DNA from: a candidate division FCPU426 bacterium
GTDB taxonomy: Bacteria; Oederibacteriota; Muellerivitia; Muellerivitales; Muellerivitaceae
Reading direction: 5' to 3'
Assembly (NCBI GenBank): GCA_963796105.1
Contig: CAWCKJ010000004.1
Coordinates: 1,544,760 to 1,608,759 of the forward strand
DNA: 64,000 nucleotides
Part shown: in pieces, positions 18,550 to 30,707 of the stretch
Position numbering within the stretch: the first letter of the stretch is position 1
How the letters are laid out: each line of letters opens with the position of its first letter
The notes under the pieces: generated by a model
What the model was told of the DNA's origin: nothing
Databases searched by the model: none
The model's input: the letters and a program-made list of their open reading frames with translations, nothing else
Position numbers and translations under genes: made by a program

Positions 18550-19380
18550 ATGCACGAGGCTGAGAACCCCATAATTATTCCCACCCATCTTTTCGCTTTC
18601 CTGGGTTTCGATAATCTCATCAATCCCTACACGGTTGCCTTGCTTGCCTTCGGCCTGGTTTTCCTCCTGATGTGGAGGGCCCGCGCGAACATGAAATTGG
18701 TGCCGACGGGCGCCCAAAATTTCGTGGAAATGGTTTTCGATTTCGTCCAGAACCTGGCCGAGCCTCTCGTCGGCAAGCACACCGGTTTTTTTTTCCCCGT
18801 GTTTTTCATGCTGTTCATGTTCATCTTTTTCGGGAACCTGATGGGCCTGGTTCCCGGCTTGGTATCGCCCACCAGCCGCCTGGAAGTCAACGCGGGCATG
18901 GCTTTGATTGTTTTTTTCTCCACCCATCTCTGGGGCGTCAAAGAGAAAGGCCTCAAGTATTTTGAGCATTTCCTGCCGCCCAAAATACCGGCCAACTCGC
19001 CCAACTTTCTCCTCAACCTTTTAATGAGGCTCATCTACCTGGTGCTTCTGGTCTTAATGCCCATCATCCACGTCATCGGGGAACTTGTGAAACCCGTCTC
19101 CCTTACCTTCCGTTTATTCGGCAACATGATGGCCAAGGAGAAACTTCTGGCCATCCTGGTTTTCCTGGTCACGGTTTTTTGGGACCAAAACCTCGCCCTG
19201 AAGATCGCGTCCTCCTTTCCCTTCCTTTTAAGGGTGGCCATCGTGATTCTGGGGGTTTTCGTTTCTTTCGTTCAGGCTTTTGTATTCATGCTTTTGGCCA
19301 TGGTTTACATCGGGGGAGCCGTCCAATCCCACGAGAGCCACACGGAAGGCGGGGAGGAACACAGCCACTCCGCTTCCTGA
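18550..19380 (+). CDS. atpB: ATP synthase Fo subunit a
   Basis: KPVSLTFRLFGNM, VQAFVF. Confidence 0.96.
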   Translation: MHEAENPIIIPTHLFAFLGFDNLINPYTVALLAFGLVFLLMWRARANMKLVPTGAQNFVEMVFDFVQNLAEPLVGKHTGFFFPVFFMLFMFIFFGNLMGLVPGLVSPTSRLEVNAGMALIVFFSTHLWGVKEKGLKYFEHFLPPKIPANSPNFLLNLLMRLIYLVLLVLMPIIHVIGELVKPVSLTFRLFGNMMAKEKLLAILVFLVTVFWDQNLALKIASSFPFLLRVAIVILGVFVSFVQAFVFMLLAMVYIGGAVQSHESHTEGGEEHSHSAS

Positions 19381-19459
19381 AGGATTCCTTGCCGGTTGCA
19401 AGGGCGAATGAATATTGATGTACCCTCGTTAAGAGGGTTCCCCGGCCAGCCCCCGCTGA

Positions 19460-19852
<393 letters not shown>

Positions 19853-19869
19853 ATCAGGTTAAAGAACGC

Positions 19870-19898
19870 TCGCCAAGGGGTTTGAGGCCCCTTGGCGA
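19870..19898 (+). terminator. Stem-loop between atpE and atpF (mRNA stabiliser or weak terminator)
   Basis: TCGCCAAGGGG-N7-CCCCTTGGCGA, perfect 11-bp stem without a U-tract. Confidence 0.55.
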
Positions 19899-19919
19899 AC
19901 AACTTAGAAGAGGGAATCC

Positions 19920-20408
19920 ATGGAATTCAACGTCAATTTTTTCGTCTTGCAGCTGGTCACCTTCGCGATCGGGATTTGGCTGGCCACCCTGATCTTCATT
20001 CCTTACCTTAAGAATTGGATGCAAAGCCGCCAAAAACGCATCGAGGACCAGCTTAACACCGCCGAAAAACGCCAAAAAGAGTCGGAATCCCTTAAAGCGG
20101 ATTTGGAACGCAAGTTGAAGGACCTCGAGCAAAGAACCACTGAGACCCTGCAGGAAGCCCGTAAGGAGGCCGCCCGGATGAAGGACGATATCGTCCATGC
20201 CGCCCGCAAAGAAGCGGATCTCTTCCTGGCGGACGCCCGCAGAACCATTGAGAACGAGAGCCAAGCTGTTTCCCTGGCCCTTCAAAAAGAAGTCGGTTCT
20301 TTGGCCGTCTCCATAGCGGAAAAACTCATCCGTTCCTCCGTGGACGCGAAGGTGCAGGATAAAATCGTTCAGGAAAGTATCAAAGAAATAAACGCGCAAA
20401 AGAATTAA
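19920..20408 (+). CDS. atpF: ATP synthase subunit b
   Basis: N-terminal TM followed by coiled coil; operon position. Confidence 0.92.
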   Translation: MEFNVNFFVLQLVTFAIGIWLATLIFIPYLKNWMQSRQKRIEDQLNTAEKRQKESESLKADLERKLKDLEQRTTETLQEARKEAARMKDDIVHAARKEADLFLADARRTIENESQAVSLALQKEVGSLAVSIAEKLIRSSVDAKVQDKIVQESIKEINAQKN

Positions 20409-20432
20409 TTCCGCAGTTTTGGGAGTGAAAAT

Positions 20433-20978
20433 ATGGAATCGGTCATCGCAGAGAAGTACGCCGTAGCCCTTTTGCAGGTGGCCCGTGAGTTGAAAACCGT
20501 GGACGAGCTTGGCGCCGAGATCCAGTCCGTCCAGGATCTCGTGGATTCCTATCCTGACCTCAAAGCGACCCTGGAGCATCCGCGGATCAAGTCCCAGGAG
20601 AAGCTCGATGCATTGAAGGCCCTTTTGGGAAACAAGCTTTCCCGGACCCTGGAAAATTTCCTTCGCCTCCTTTTGGCTAAGAAGCGCATCGGGCACCTGA
20701 AGGCCGTCACGGAGCATTACGAGAGGTTGTGCCTGCAGATGAAAGGAAAAGCCGCCGCGCGGGTTTTAACGGCCATGCCCTTATCCGCGGCCCAAAAAGG
20801 GGCTTTGTCCCAAAAGCTCACCCAGATGTTCGGCTTGACGGTCGAGTTGAAAGAGGAAGTCAAGCCGGATTTGATCGGGGGTATGATGGTTTACCTGGGG
20901 GACCAGCGCATGGACGGAAGCATCCTGGGACAATTGGAAAAAATGAAGCAAAGGCTGATGAAGGTGGAGATCGATTAA
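20433..20978 (+). CDS. atpH: ATP synthase subunit delta
   Basis: IAEKYA.AL, LIGG..DGS. Confidence 0.93.
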   Translation: MESVIAEKYAVALLQVARELKTVDELGAEIQSVQDLVDSYPDLKATLEHPRIKSQEKLDALKALLGNKLSRTLENFLRLLLAKKRIGHLKAVTEHYERLCLQMKGKAAARVLTAMPLSAAQKGALSQKLTQMFGLTVELKEEVKPDLIGGMMVYLGDQRMDGSILGQLEKMKQRLMKVEID

Positions 20979-21012
20979 GGCGTTTTAACACAAGAAATTC
21001 GGGAGGTTCGAC

Positions 21013-22513
21013 GTGGCCATCCAAGCTGATGAAGTGACGAAAATATTAAAAACCCGCATCAAGGAATTCAAACCCGAGGCCGAACTCACCCAGGTCGGAG
21101 AGGTCATCAAGGTCGGGGACGGCGTGGCCGTCGTGTACGGATTGAAAAACGCTATGGCGGGAGAGCTGCTGAAATTTCCCAACGATGTTTATGGAATCGT
21201 CTTCAACCTGGAGACCGATTCGGTGGGAGTGGTGCTCATGGGGGAAACCCAGAAGGTCCACGAGGGGGATCCCGTCTCTTTGACCGGGCGAATTTCCGAA
21301 GTGCCGACAGGGAAGGAGCTTTTGGGACGCGTAGTCAACCCCTTGGGCGAGCCCTTGGATGGAAAAGGCCCCTTGAACGCCTCCTCCAGCCGGCGAATCG
21401 AGTTCAAGGCCCCGGGCGTGGTGCAAAGGCAGCCGGTCAAGGAACCCCTTCATACCGGCATCAAGGCCATCGACTGCATGATTCCCATCGGCCGGGGACA
21501 ACGGGAGCTCATCATCGGGGACCGCCAGACCGGAAAGACCGCCATCGCCCTGGACACCATCCTGAACCAAAAAGGAAAGGACGTGGTTTGCGTCTATGTC
21601 GCCATCGGCCAGAAGCAATCCACTGTGGCCCAGTTCGCCCGCACCCTGGAAGAGCATGACGCATTGAAATACTGCATCATCGTTTCGGCCACGGCCTCCA
21701 CTCCCGCGCCCCTGCAATATATCGCCCCATACGCCGGCTGCGCCATGGCGGAGGAATTCACCTATAATGGCGGCCATGCCCTGGTGGTTTACGACGACTT
21801 GTCCAAGCAAGCCGTGGCTTACCGCGAGTTGTCCCTCTTGCTGCGCGGCCCCCGGCCGCGAGGCATACCCGGGGGATGTTTTCTACCTTCATTCCCGCCT
21901 GCTGGAGAGGGCCTGCAAACTCAACGAGAAATTAGGGGGCGGTTCCCTGACGGCGCTTCCCATCATCGAGACCCAGGCCGGGGACGTGACGGCTTATATT
22001 CCCACGAATGTCATTTCCATCACGGACGGCCAGATCTACCTGGAATCCAACCTGTTTTACTCGGGGGTTCGTCCCGCCATCAACGTCGGTATTTCGGTCT
22101 CCCGCGTGGGCGGCAACGCCCAAACCAAGGCCACGAAAAAGGTGGCGGGAAGGTTGAAACTGGACATGGGGCAATACAACGAGCTGGCGGCTTTCGCCCA
22201 GTTCGGCGCGGAACTGGACAAGGTGTCCATGGCCCAGTTAAGCCGGGGCGCCCATATGGTGGAACTCCTCAAGCAGCCCCAGTACTCGCCCATGCTGATG
22301 GATGAGCAGGTCGCCTCGGTTTTCGCCGGGGTCAATGGGTACATGGACAGCCTCCCGATCGAAAAGGTCAAGGCGTTCGAGACCGGCCTTTTGGCGTTCT
22401 TGAAGAACAAGCGTCCCGAAATTCTCAAGGATATCCGCGACAAGAACGACTTGACCGACGACAACAAGACGAAACTAGTGGCGGCCATAGAGGAATTCGC
22501 GAAAACCTTCTGA
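21013..22513 (+). CDS. atpA: ATP synthase subunit alpha (frameshift near 21850, probably a sequencing error)
   Basis: GDRQTGKT in the first frame; [21 protein letters not shown] continues in the second. Confidence 0.95.
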
Positions 22514-22526
22514 GGAGTCTTTTTCA

Positions 22527-23391
22527 TTGGCACAGATTAGGGAAATCAAGCAGCGCCTGAAAAACGCCAAAAACATCAACCAAATCACCATGGCCATGAA
22601 AATGGTGGCCACGGCGCGGCTGAAAAGGGCACAACAGCGCATCATGGGGGCCAGGCCATACGCCTACCGCATGAGGGATGTCATCCAGAATCTCGCCTCC
22701 AGCGTCAGCGAGGATGTTCATCCGCTGATGGCCTCCCGGGAGAAGGGGCACCTCGGGCCTATTGGTGGTGACGGCCGACAGGGGATTTTGCGGCAGTTTC
22801 AACGCCAATATTATCCGCCGGGCGCAGGCCTATATCCGGGAAAATCCCGATACGGTTCTTCTCACCGTGGGGAAAAAGGGCCGGGATTTTTTCAAACGGC
22901 GGAGCTTCAATATCCGCAAGGAATGGATGCAAATTTTCCCCCAGGTTCCATACGAGTCGATCCAGGAGATGAGGGATGTGATCGAGACCCTTTACGTTAA
23001 GGAGGGGTTCAAATCCATCACGGCCCTTTACAACGAGTTTAAGAGCGTTGTCCAGCAGAAGGTCACATTGGAGACCCTTCTTCCCTTGAAAATTTCGGGG
23101 GAGGAAAAAGAGGGGAAAGCCGATTATGCCGGAGGGGATTACGCTTTTGAGCCGGATGTGAGCACCATCCTGGAATCCCTGCTTTCCAAATACCTGGCCA
23201 CTGAAATCCACCGGATATTACTGGAGAGTTTTTCCTCAGAAATGGGGGCCAGACGCAGCGCCATGGAAGCCGCCACCAAGAACGCCAAGGAAATGATCGG
23301 TAAGTTGACATTGGAGTTCAACCGGGCCCGCCAAGCGGTCATCACCAAGGAAATTTCAGAGATTGTTGGCGGCGCCGAGGCCTTGAAGTGA
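22527..23391 (+). CDS. atpG: ATP synthase subunit gamma (frameshift near 22757, probably a sequencing error)
   Basis: QITMAMKMVA in the first frame; ADRGFCGSFN..NRARQAVITKEISEI in the second. Confidence 0.95.
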
Positions 23392-23433
23392 TAATCGCGG
23401 TTTTTTCGGTTAAATGACTTTAGAAATCAATAG

Positions 23434-24867
<1,434 letters not shown>

Positions 24868-24882
24868 CAAGGCGGTTGGAAA

Positions 24883-25302
24883 ATGGCGAACAGCTTAAAA
24901 TTTCAAGTGGCCGCCCCTGACCGGCCCGCCCTCGATGAGGAAGTGAATTTAGTCATTCTTCCGGGCGGCATGGGGGAATTCGGGGTCATGCCGAGGCATA
25001 TGAAGTTCTTGTCCAACCTAAAACCCGGAACCCTTCAAGTTCTCAAGGACCAACAAAGGGATTTTTATTTTGTCTCAGGGGGATTCGTCGAGGTGAATCC
25101 GGATTCCGTGATCGTGCTGGCGGAAGCTTACGAAAAAGCCGAGGAGATCGACGTGGAAAGGGCCCAGAAGGCCAAGAAAAAGGCCGAGGAAAAGCTGGCG
25201 GAAAAAAAGGACGCCTCCGACGTGGTTCAAGCCAAGGCCTCCCTGGCCAGGGCCGAAGCCCGGTTAAAAGTCGTCGAGGAAGCGAAAAAGTCGAGGAAGT
25301 AA
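24883..25302 (+). CDS. atpC: ATP synthase subunit epsilon
   Basis: GEFGVMPRH, SGGFVEV, C-terminal helical hairpin. Confidence 0.95.
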   Translation: MANSLKFQVAAPDRPALDEEVNLVILPGGMGEFGVMPRHMKFLSNLKPGTLQVLKDQQRDFYFVSGGFVEVNPDSVIVLAEAYEKAEEIDVERAQKAKKKAEEKLAEKKDASDVVQAKASLARAEARLKVVEEAKKSRK

Positions 25303-25518
25303 AGTTCCGATCCCCCGAGGGGCATGGACCTAATTCCGGGTCCGGTCATAAAAACCGGATGGAAAAAGAAGGATGTCCGGGGATCACCACTGCCTGATTC
25401 TCAAAATAACTGGAAAAGAAAGTATAGTTAGTTAATCTCCCGGTTTTCTTCCCCTTGAGTTCAAGTTGTATCAAACGGTAAAATAACGGTGTTTTTCACG
25501 CAATAAAGGGTGTGGTTC

Positions 25519-25917
25519 ATGATCGTTGGAACGGGTGTGGATTTAATTGAAATCGAACGGGTGGAACAAGCGCACGTCAGATTCGGCCGCCGTTTCATTG
25601 ACCGCCTTTATACCCCCGCGGAATCGGAATATTGCCTCAAAAAAAAAGACCCCTACCCTTCCTTGGCCGGGCGTTTCGCAGCCAAGGAAGCTGTGATCAA
25701 GGCTTTCAGCCAGGGCTTCGGGGGCCGTTGGAAGTGGCGGCATATCGAGGTGGTCAGGGAAAAAAGCGGCAAGCCCACCCTCCGCTTGAATGGCATCCTG
25801 GAAAAGCTCCGCTTGGATAGAAAAATCAGCGTCATTCATTTGTCCATCGCGCACAGCAAAAGGGACGCGACCGCGACGGTGATCCTGGAAACAGGGATTT
25901 CAGGTGATAAGGCATGA
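25519..25917 (+). CDS. acpS: Holo-[acyl-carrier-protein] synthase
   Basis: GTGVDLIE, AGRFAAKEA, GKP, HLSIAH. Confidence 0.95.
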   Translation: MIVGTGVDLIEIERVEQAHVRFGRRFIDRLYTPAESEYCLKKKDPYPSLAGRFAAKEAVIKAFSQGFGGRWKWRHIEVVREKSGKPTLRLNGILEKLRLDRKISVIHLSIAHSKRDATATVILETGISGDKA

Positions 25918-27392
25918 CGCGCACGGGGGAATGGAAACCACGCCAATTAAGCCAAACCCAATGGTTTTGGTTTCTCCTCTTTATCGGGTTATTGACCAGA
26001 ATCCCGATGTTAAATGTGGCCAAAGCGGAAACTACAGACGGTATCCTTAGCCTGACTTATTTTTCCCCGAGCCTCGTTGACACTCCCCGGTTTTGCATTC
26101 TTCCGGGGTATTCCGTCCTGCTTTGGCTTGGCCAGTCGTTGGGCGCCGACGGAATTTTATGGGGCAGGATTTTGGCGGCGGCCGCGGGCCTTTTATTCCT
26201 GATTCCGCTTTGGAAATTCGCGGCGAGGTGGGTATCCACCGAGATGGCGGGAATGATCTGCCTCTTCGCGCTTTTTTCCCCCTTGCTCTGGCAATGGTCC
26301 CTGAAGGTCATGGCGGATACCTTGTTTTTGTTCTTTTTCTGGTGGTGCCTGGAGAGATTGACCACCGCCTCGATTGACCGGAACGAAAAATCCTGGCTGA
26401 CGGCATGCCTCGCGGGAGCCCTCGCGGCGTTGGTCCGCCCCGAGGGATTCCTGTTATTGCCCTGGATCATCGCTGTTGGAAAGCCGTTAGGCTTTTTCAG
26501 GCGCGAAAGGTTTTTCCTGCTGTTCTGGCTCGGCCCCCTCTTTTTTTTAAAAGAAAAAATCCTCACGATATTAATAGCCTACCGGGAAGGCCTGGGACTG
26601 ACTTCCGGTCCGGAACATGTTGCATTCCCATTCGTTAATTTCATGGAGCACCTTTACGCCTACATGACCCAGCCTTTTTTCGTGTTTACGCCCCTTCTTT
26701 ATTTGTTCGCCATCCTTGGAACCGCGAAAATGTTTGTCCGGAATGACCCGGTCGGGGGCAGTTTCAGGCGGATCGTTCTTCAGGTCTATTTCTTGGTTTT
26801 GGTTTCCCGGCTGGTCCCGACCACTTACCAGGACCGGCATATGCTTCCGTTTCTTCCGGTCATCCTGGTCGCGGCTGGCTATCACCTGGAGACTTTTTTG
26901 GAGCAATGGAGAAGCCAAAGCACGCCCTTGAGGATGATGCTATGGAAAAACGGACTCATCACCTTGTGCCTCTGCTTCAGCGCCCTTTATTCCTCCGGGG
27001 TTTTGATCGGTCAATACGATTCTTTCGGGGATATCAAACGCTCCGCCGAGTTCCTGAAAACCCTGCCCAGGGACGCCGTGATCTATTCGGATGAAATCCC
27101 GAAAACCCAGTATTGGTCGGGCCGATCCCTGAGGCTCTTGACCCTTCCATTCAATCCCCAGCCGGGGGATTATCTCGTGCTTCATAGCTTTTACACCCAG
27201 CGGCTGAGGTTTGTGGACGAGAACCTTTGGGGGCGTCACGGCGCGGTCCAGCTTCGCCAGGACCATAGCATGGTGGTTCCCCTGCTGACTGACTTGATGG
27301 AAGATCCAAGCATGCAAAACAGGACTGTTTCCACCGCCTACCGGTTCCAACCCCAATTTTTCCTAAGCTTGGTTTACCGGATCGCCAAATAA
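25914..27392 (+). CDS. GT-C (PMT/ArnT-like) membrane glycosyltransferase
   Basis: Multi-TM with early TTDG loop, LVRPEG and DRHMLP motifs. Confidence 0.65.
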   Translation: MTRTGEWKPRQLSQTQWFWFLLFIGLLTRIPMLNVAKAETTDGILSLTYFSPSLVDTPRFCILPGYSVLLWLGQSLGADGILWGRILAAAAGLLFLIPLWKFAARWVSTEMAGMICLFALFSPLLWQWSLKVMADTLFLFFFWWCLERLTTASIDRNEKSWLTACLAGALAALVRPEGFLLLPWIIAVGKPLGFFRRERFFLLFWLGPLFFLKEKILTILIAYREGLGLTSGPEHVAFPFVNFMEHLYAYMTQPFFVFTPLLYLFAILGTAKMFVRNDPVGGSFRRIVLQVYFLVLVSRLVPTTYQDRHMLPFLPVILVAAGYHLETFLEQWRSQSTPLRMMLWKNGLITLCLCFSALYSSGVLIGQYDSFGDIKRSAEFLKTLPRDAVIYSDEIPKTQYWSGRSLRLLTLPFNPQPGDYLVLHSFYTQRLRFVDENLWGRHGAVQLRQDHSMVVPLLTDLMEDPSMQNRTVSTAYRFQPQFFLSLVYRIAK

Positions 27393-27405
27393 AAGGGAGG
27401 AATCC

Positions 27406-29058
27406 ATGAAAGTCGCCTCAAGCCAGGATATGAGAAAAATCGATGAGACTGCCGTTAAGGAATTTTCCCTGCTCACCGGGAAATTGATGGAATCCGCCGG
27501 TAAAGCCGTGGTGGACGCCATGGCCGACAAGTTCGGGGACCTTTCCCATAAAACGGTGGGTGTTCTTTGCGGTCCCGGGCATAACGGCGGTGATGGCCTC
27601 GCGATCGCTCGCCTCCTGAAAGAGATCAAGACCAGTGTCGTGGCCGTCGCGGTGGGCGACGCGGAGGATATGGCCGATGAAACCCTCAAACAGTTCCAAA
27701 AGGCCAAGACGGCCAAGGTGCCGATCCTTTTTTTAAATGACCTGGAAGGGATGAAGACTGTCCTATTGGCCCTGGAAGAATGCGACCTATTGGTGGACGC
27801 GCTCTTCGGGACAGGACTATCCCGGCCGGTGGAGGGTCTCTTCCGGGAATTGATCCGGTCGGTGAAATCCCTGCAGAAACCCATCGTGGCGGTCGACATG
27901 CCCTCGGGATTCTCCTCCGATCTGGGCGTTCCCCTGGGGGAGTCTTTCACGGCCCAACTCACCGTCACCTTCGGGCTTCCGAAATTGGGTTTTTATTCCC
28001 AGACGGCCGCGGCTTTCCTGGGAGATTGGAGGGTGGATAAAATAGGATTCCCGGATCAACTCTTGAACGCCCCTTTTTTAAAGCATGAAGTCACGGAGCT
28101 GGAAACTGTCAGGAAATGCCTCCCGCCCTATGACGATTTTACGCACAAAGGGACGCGCGGCCGGGTCTTGATCGTGGCCGGGGCCACGGGATTGACGGGG
28201 GCCGCGGTTTTGAGCGCGCTCGGAGCCCAGAGGATCGGGGCCGGATTGGTGACAGTGGCTTGCCCCGAAAGCCTGAACCCCATCCTGGAAGCCAAATTAA
28301 CCGAACCCATGACGGCGCCGGTGCCCGAAGTGGAAGGCGGATTTTTTTCCCTGAAAGCCGCGGGCCGGATCATCCACTTGGCCACGAATGTCAATTCGGT
28401 GGTGATCGGCCCCGGAATCGGCCGGCATAGGGAAACCGGGCAATTGTTGAGGGAGCTGTTGACGAAAATGACCCTGCCCATGGTCGTGGACGCGGACGCC
28501 CTCTATCTCCTGGGGGGGCAATTAGACATATTCAAGGCCGTCAAGGCTCCCGTCCTCATGACCCCGCATCCCGGGGAAGCGGCCTGGCTTTTAAAGACCA
28601 CGATCAACGATGTCGAACAAAACCGCGTTAAAGTTGCGAAGCAAATTGCCCAAGGATATAATGTCGTTGTTATTTTGAAAGGGCATCACACCGTTATCGC
28701 GAATCCCAAGGGCGAGGTTCGGATCAATCCCACAGGGGGCCGGGCCTTGGCGACCGCGGGCACGGGGGATGTTCTTTCGGGCATTCTCGGCGGATTGCTG
28801 GCCCAGCGCGTCCCCCTATTTGAGGCCGCCACGGCGGGTGTTTACCTCCATGGGTTGGCGGGGGACAAGGCCACCCAAAGAATGGGGCCGGACGGGGTTT
28901 TAGCGGGAGACCTGCTGCCTCTTCTCCCGAAAGTATTGCGGTTCGTGAGAGAAAATAAAAGGGAGCCCCTATGGCCGTCTCAAAAGAATTCCAAGCCCAT
29001 TGGGAGGCGTTCCTCAAAGTCCTCCAAGTCCGGGAACCCCGCCTCTATGAGCACTTAA
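27406..29058 (+). CDS. nnr: Bifunctional NAD(P)HX epimerase/dehydratase
   Basis: G.NGGDG, DALFGTG, HKGTRG, TPHPGE, ATAGTGDVL. The true stop may be near 28958. Confidence 0.94.
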   Translation: MKVASSQDMRKIDETAVKEFSLLTGKLMESAGKAVVDAMADKFGDLSHKTVGVLCGPGHNGGDGLAIARLLKEIKTSVVAVAVGDAEDMADETLKQFQKAKTAKVPILFLNDLEGMKTVLLALEECDLLVDALFGTGLSRPVEGLFRELIRSVKSLQKPIVAVDMPSGFSSDLGVPLGESFTAQLTVTFGLPKLGFYSQTAAAFLGDWRVDKIGFPDQLLNAPFLKHEVTELETVRKCLPPYDDFTHKGTRGRVLIVAGATGLTGAAVLSALGAQRIGAGLVTVACPESLNPILEAKLTEPMTAPVPEVEGGFFSLKAAGRIIHLATNVNSVVIGPGIGRHRETGQLLRELLTKMTLPMVVDADALYLLGGQLDIFKAVKAPVLMTPHPGEAAWLLKTTINDVEQNRVKVAKQIAQGYNVVVILKGHHTVIANPKGEVRINPTGGRALATAGTGDVLSGILGGLLAQRVPLFEAATAGVYLHGLAGDKATQRMGPDGVLAGDLLPLLPKVLRFVRENKREPLWPSQKNSKPIGRRSSKSSKSGNPASMST

Positions 29059-29654
29059 AACTTGCCAGGCCCAAGGAAATGACCAAGTATAACCTGGTTA
29101 TTTTGGCCAAAACACAGGAAGAACTTAAGGAAATGGAGGTTGGTTTAAAAGTTTATCATGATAAGATAACCGAGTTTGTCCCTTTGGTTTTCGGGGATAA
29201 CCGGGGGATCAAGACCGAGCTGGCGAAGGAAGCGGAATGGGAGTTGTTCGCTCCCGAGGAGCCGGTCCAGGAGGTTGCCCGGAAAAACACGACGGAGCCG
29301 CCTGTTCCCGCCCCGCCCTCGATGGACCAGAACGAGCTATTTCGGGTTTTGGAAACGAGCATCCGCCAAAAGCTCGAGGCCGAGATCAGGGTCTCTTTAG
29401 AGGCTGAAAAGGAAAACCCGGAAAGGCAGAGGGAGCTTCTCCGCAAACTCAAGGAAGATCTTGAACTGGAGGAGGAAAACCGAAGGTTGGCGATTCGAAT
29501 GGCCATGATCGCCGAAGGGGACAAGATCCTCACCCAACTCGTGATGATTTGGCAGCAAGCCAAACAAAACGGGGATGGCGGGCAACAGTGGAACGAAGTG
29601 AAGCAGCGATTGTTGGAGCTTCTGGACGCCACCGTCCAGCTGACGCGCTCATAA
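28971..29654 (+). CDS. Hypothetical protein with coiled-coil C-terminus
   Basis: 227-aa ORF with GGGAG RBS. Confidence 0.75.
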   Translation: MAVSKEFQAHWEAFLKVLQVREPRLYEHLKLARPKEMTKYNLVILAKTQEELKEMEVGLKVYHDKITEFVPLVFGDNRGIKTELAKEAEWELFAPEEPVQEVARKNTTEPPVPAPPSMDQNELFRVLETSIRQKLEAEIRVSLEAEKENPERQRELLRKLKEDLELEEENRRLAIRMAMIAEGDKILTQLVMIWQQAKQNGDGGQQWNEVKQRLLELLDATVQLTRS

Positions 29655-29678
29655 TTTGATTTAAAGGATGGAGGAAAA

Positions 29679-30272
29679 ATGATCAATCAAACCGTGGATT
29701 CCGCCCTGGGATATTTGGCCCTTTCTTTCATAACATGGACCGTGACTTTCGCGGTCATCGTTTTCGGATTCATGCTTCGGCGCAGAATCCTATTGTGGGA
29801 CGATCAATGGAAGGAAAAACTCGAGGAATCCGGCGTTTCGGTCAAGGAGTTCGCGGAGGAACTTGAGGTCACTCATGAGAAAATCCGCTACACTTTCCGC
29901 CTGCTTGGCTTTTTCCTGGTCATCATCGTCGCCCTGATGGGATTGGTGGTTTATCTGGCCATGATCCAGAAACCCATTTTGGGTTTTTCCCAAGTCTTGA
30001 ACGGCCTCTGGCTCCTGGTCTTGGTGGCCCTCTCGATGATCATTCCGGCTTTCGTCAATTTCGCGGTGGGCACCTATGTTTCCGAGACCATGCTCTTGAA
30101 GGCCAACGGGTTCGTGTTCCGCGAGGTCCGCGAGGAAATCATGCAGAAGAAAGCCAAGTTGAAAATCATGGAAAAAGCCAAACAACTCAGGGCGCAAAGG
30201 GAAGCGTTGAGAACGGCCGCGCCGGGCCCCCCTGGTTCCGGGTCGCAAGCCTCCGCGCCCGCGGGCAAGTAA
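29679..30272 (+). CDS. Hypothetical membrane protein (3 TM)
   Basis: GGAGG RBS; hydrophobic segments. Confidence 0.75.
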   Translation: MINQTVDSALGYLALSFITWTVTFAVIVFGFMLRRRILLWDDQWKEKLEESGVSVKEFAEELEVTHEKIRYTFRLLGFFLVIIVALMGLVVYLAMIQKPILGFSQVLNGLWLLVLVALSMIIPAFVNFAVGTYVSETMLLKANGFVFREVREEIMQKKAKLKIMEKAKQLRAQREALRTAAPGPPGSGSQASAPAGK

Positions 30273-30347
30273 AAGCCCCGAGAAGTCATTTTCCCGCCGG
30301 GTTTCCCCGGACTCTTGAAGCCGCCATTTCACGCAAAGGGATCCATC

Positions 30348-30707
30348 ATGCTTAAAAAATTTCTTGTTATTTCCTTTTTGATTTTGGGCCTTACGGGCTG
30401 CGCGTCCGTGGGAATCGTCGATTCCAGCCTGCGGGTGGAAATAACGCCCAGTCCCGTGGAACGTGGAAAGCCCGCGTTGGCGGAGATCAACGCCCCCATG
30501 GAGGCGGAAAAAGTCGTGGGGACCGTGATGGTTTTCGGAAGCCCCCAGCTTTTGTTCCGGAAAAATGAGGAAAAAAACATTTGGTATTTTTACGGCACCA
30601 TCCCTTTCTCCCCCTGGGTTAAACCGGGCTCCTACCGGGTGAGGGTCCTTGTTTATTTGCCGAAGGGAAGCCCCCGCTATACCGAGATTAAAGTCGATCT
30701 TAAATGA
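30348..30707 (+). CDS. Hypothetical lipoprotein
   Basis: Signal peptide with LTGC lipobox. Confidence 0.7.
   Translation: MLKKFLVISFLILGLTGCASVGIVDSSLRVEITPSPVERGKPALAEINAPMEAEKVVGTVMVFGSPQLLFRKNEEKNIWYFYGTIPFSPWVKPGSYRVRVLVYLPKGSPRYTEIKVDLK

Noticed and set aside
21013..23391. atpA and atpG as pseudogenes or programmed frameshifts
   Set aside because: The breaks fall in short G/C runs in otherwise conserved genes; sequencing error is more parsimonious.
25309..25386. Structured RNA after atpC (GATCCCC..GGGGATC)
   Set aside because: Only short stems and no recognisable family; probably the 3' end structure of the operon.
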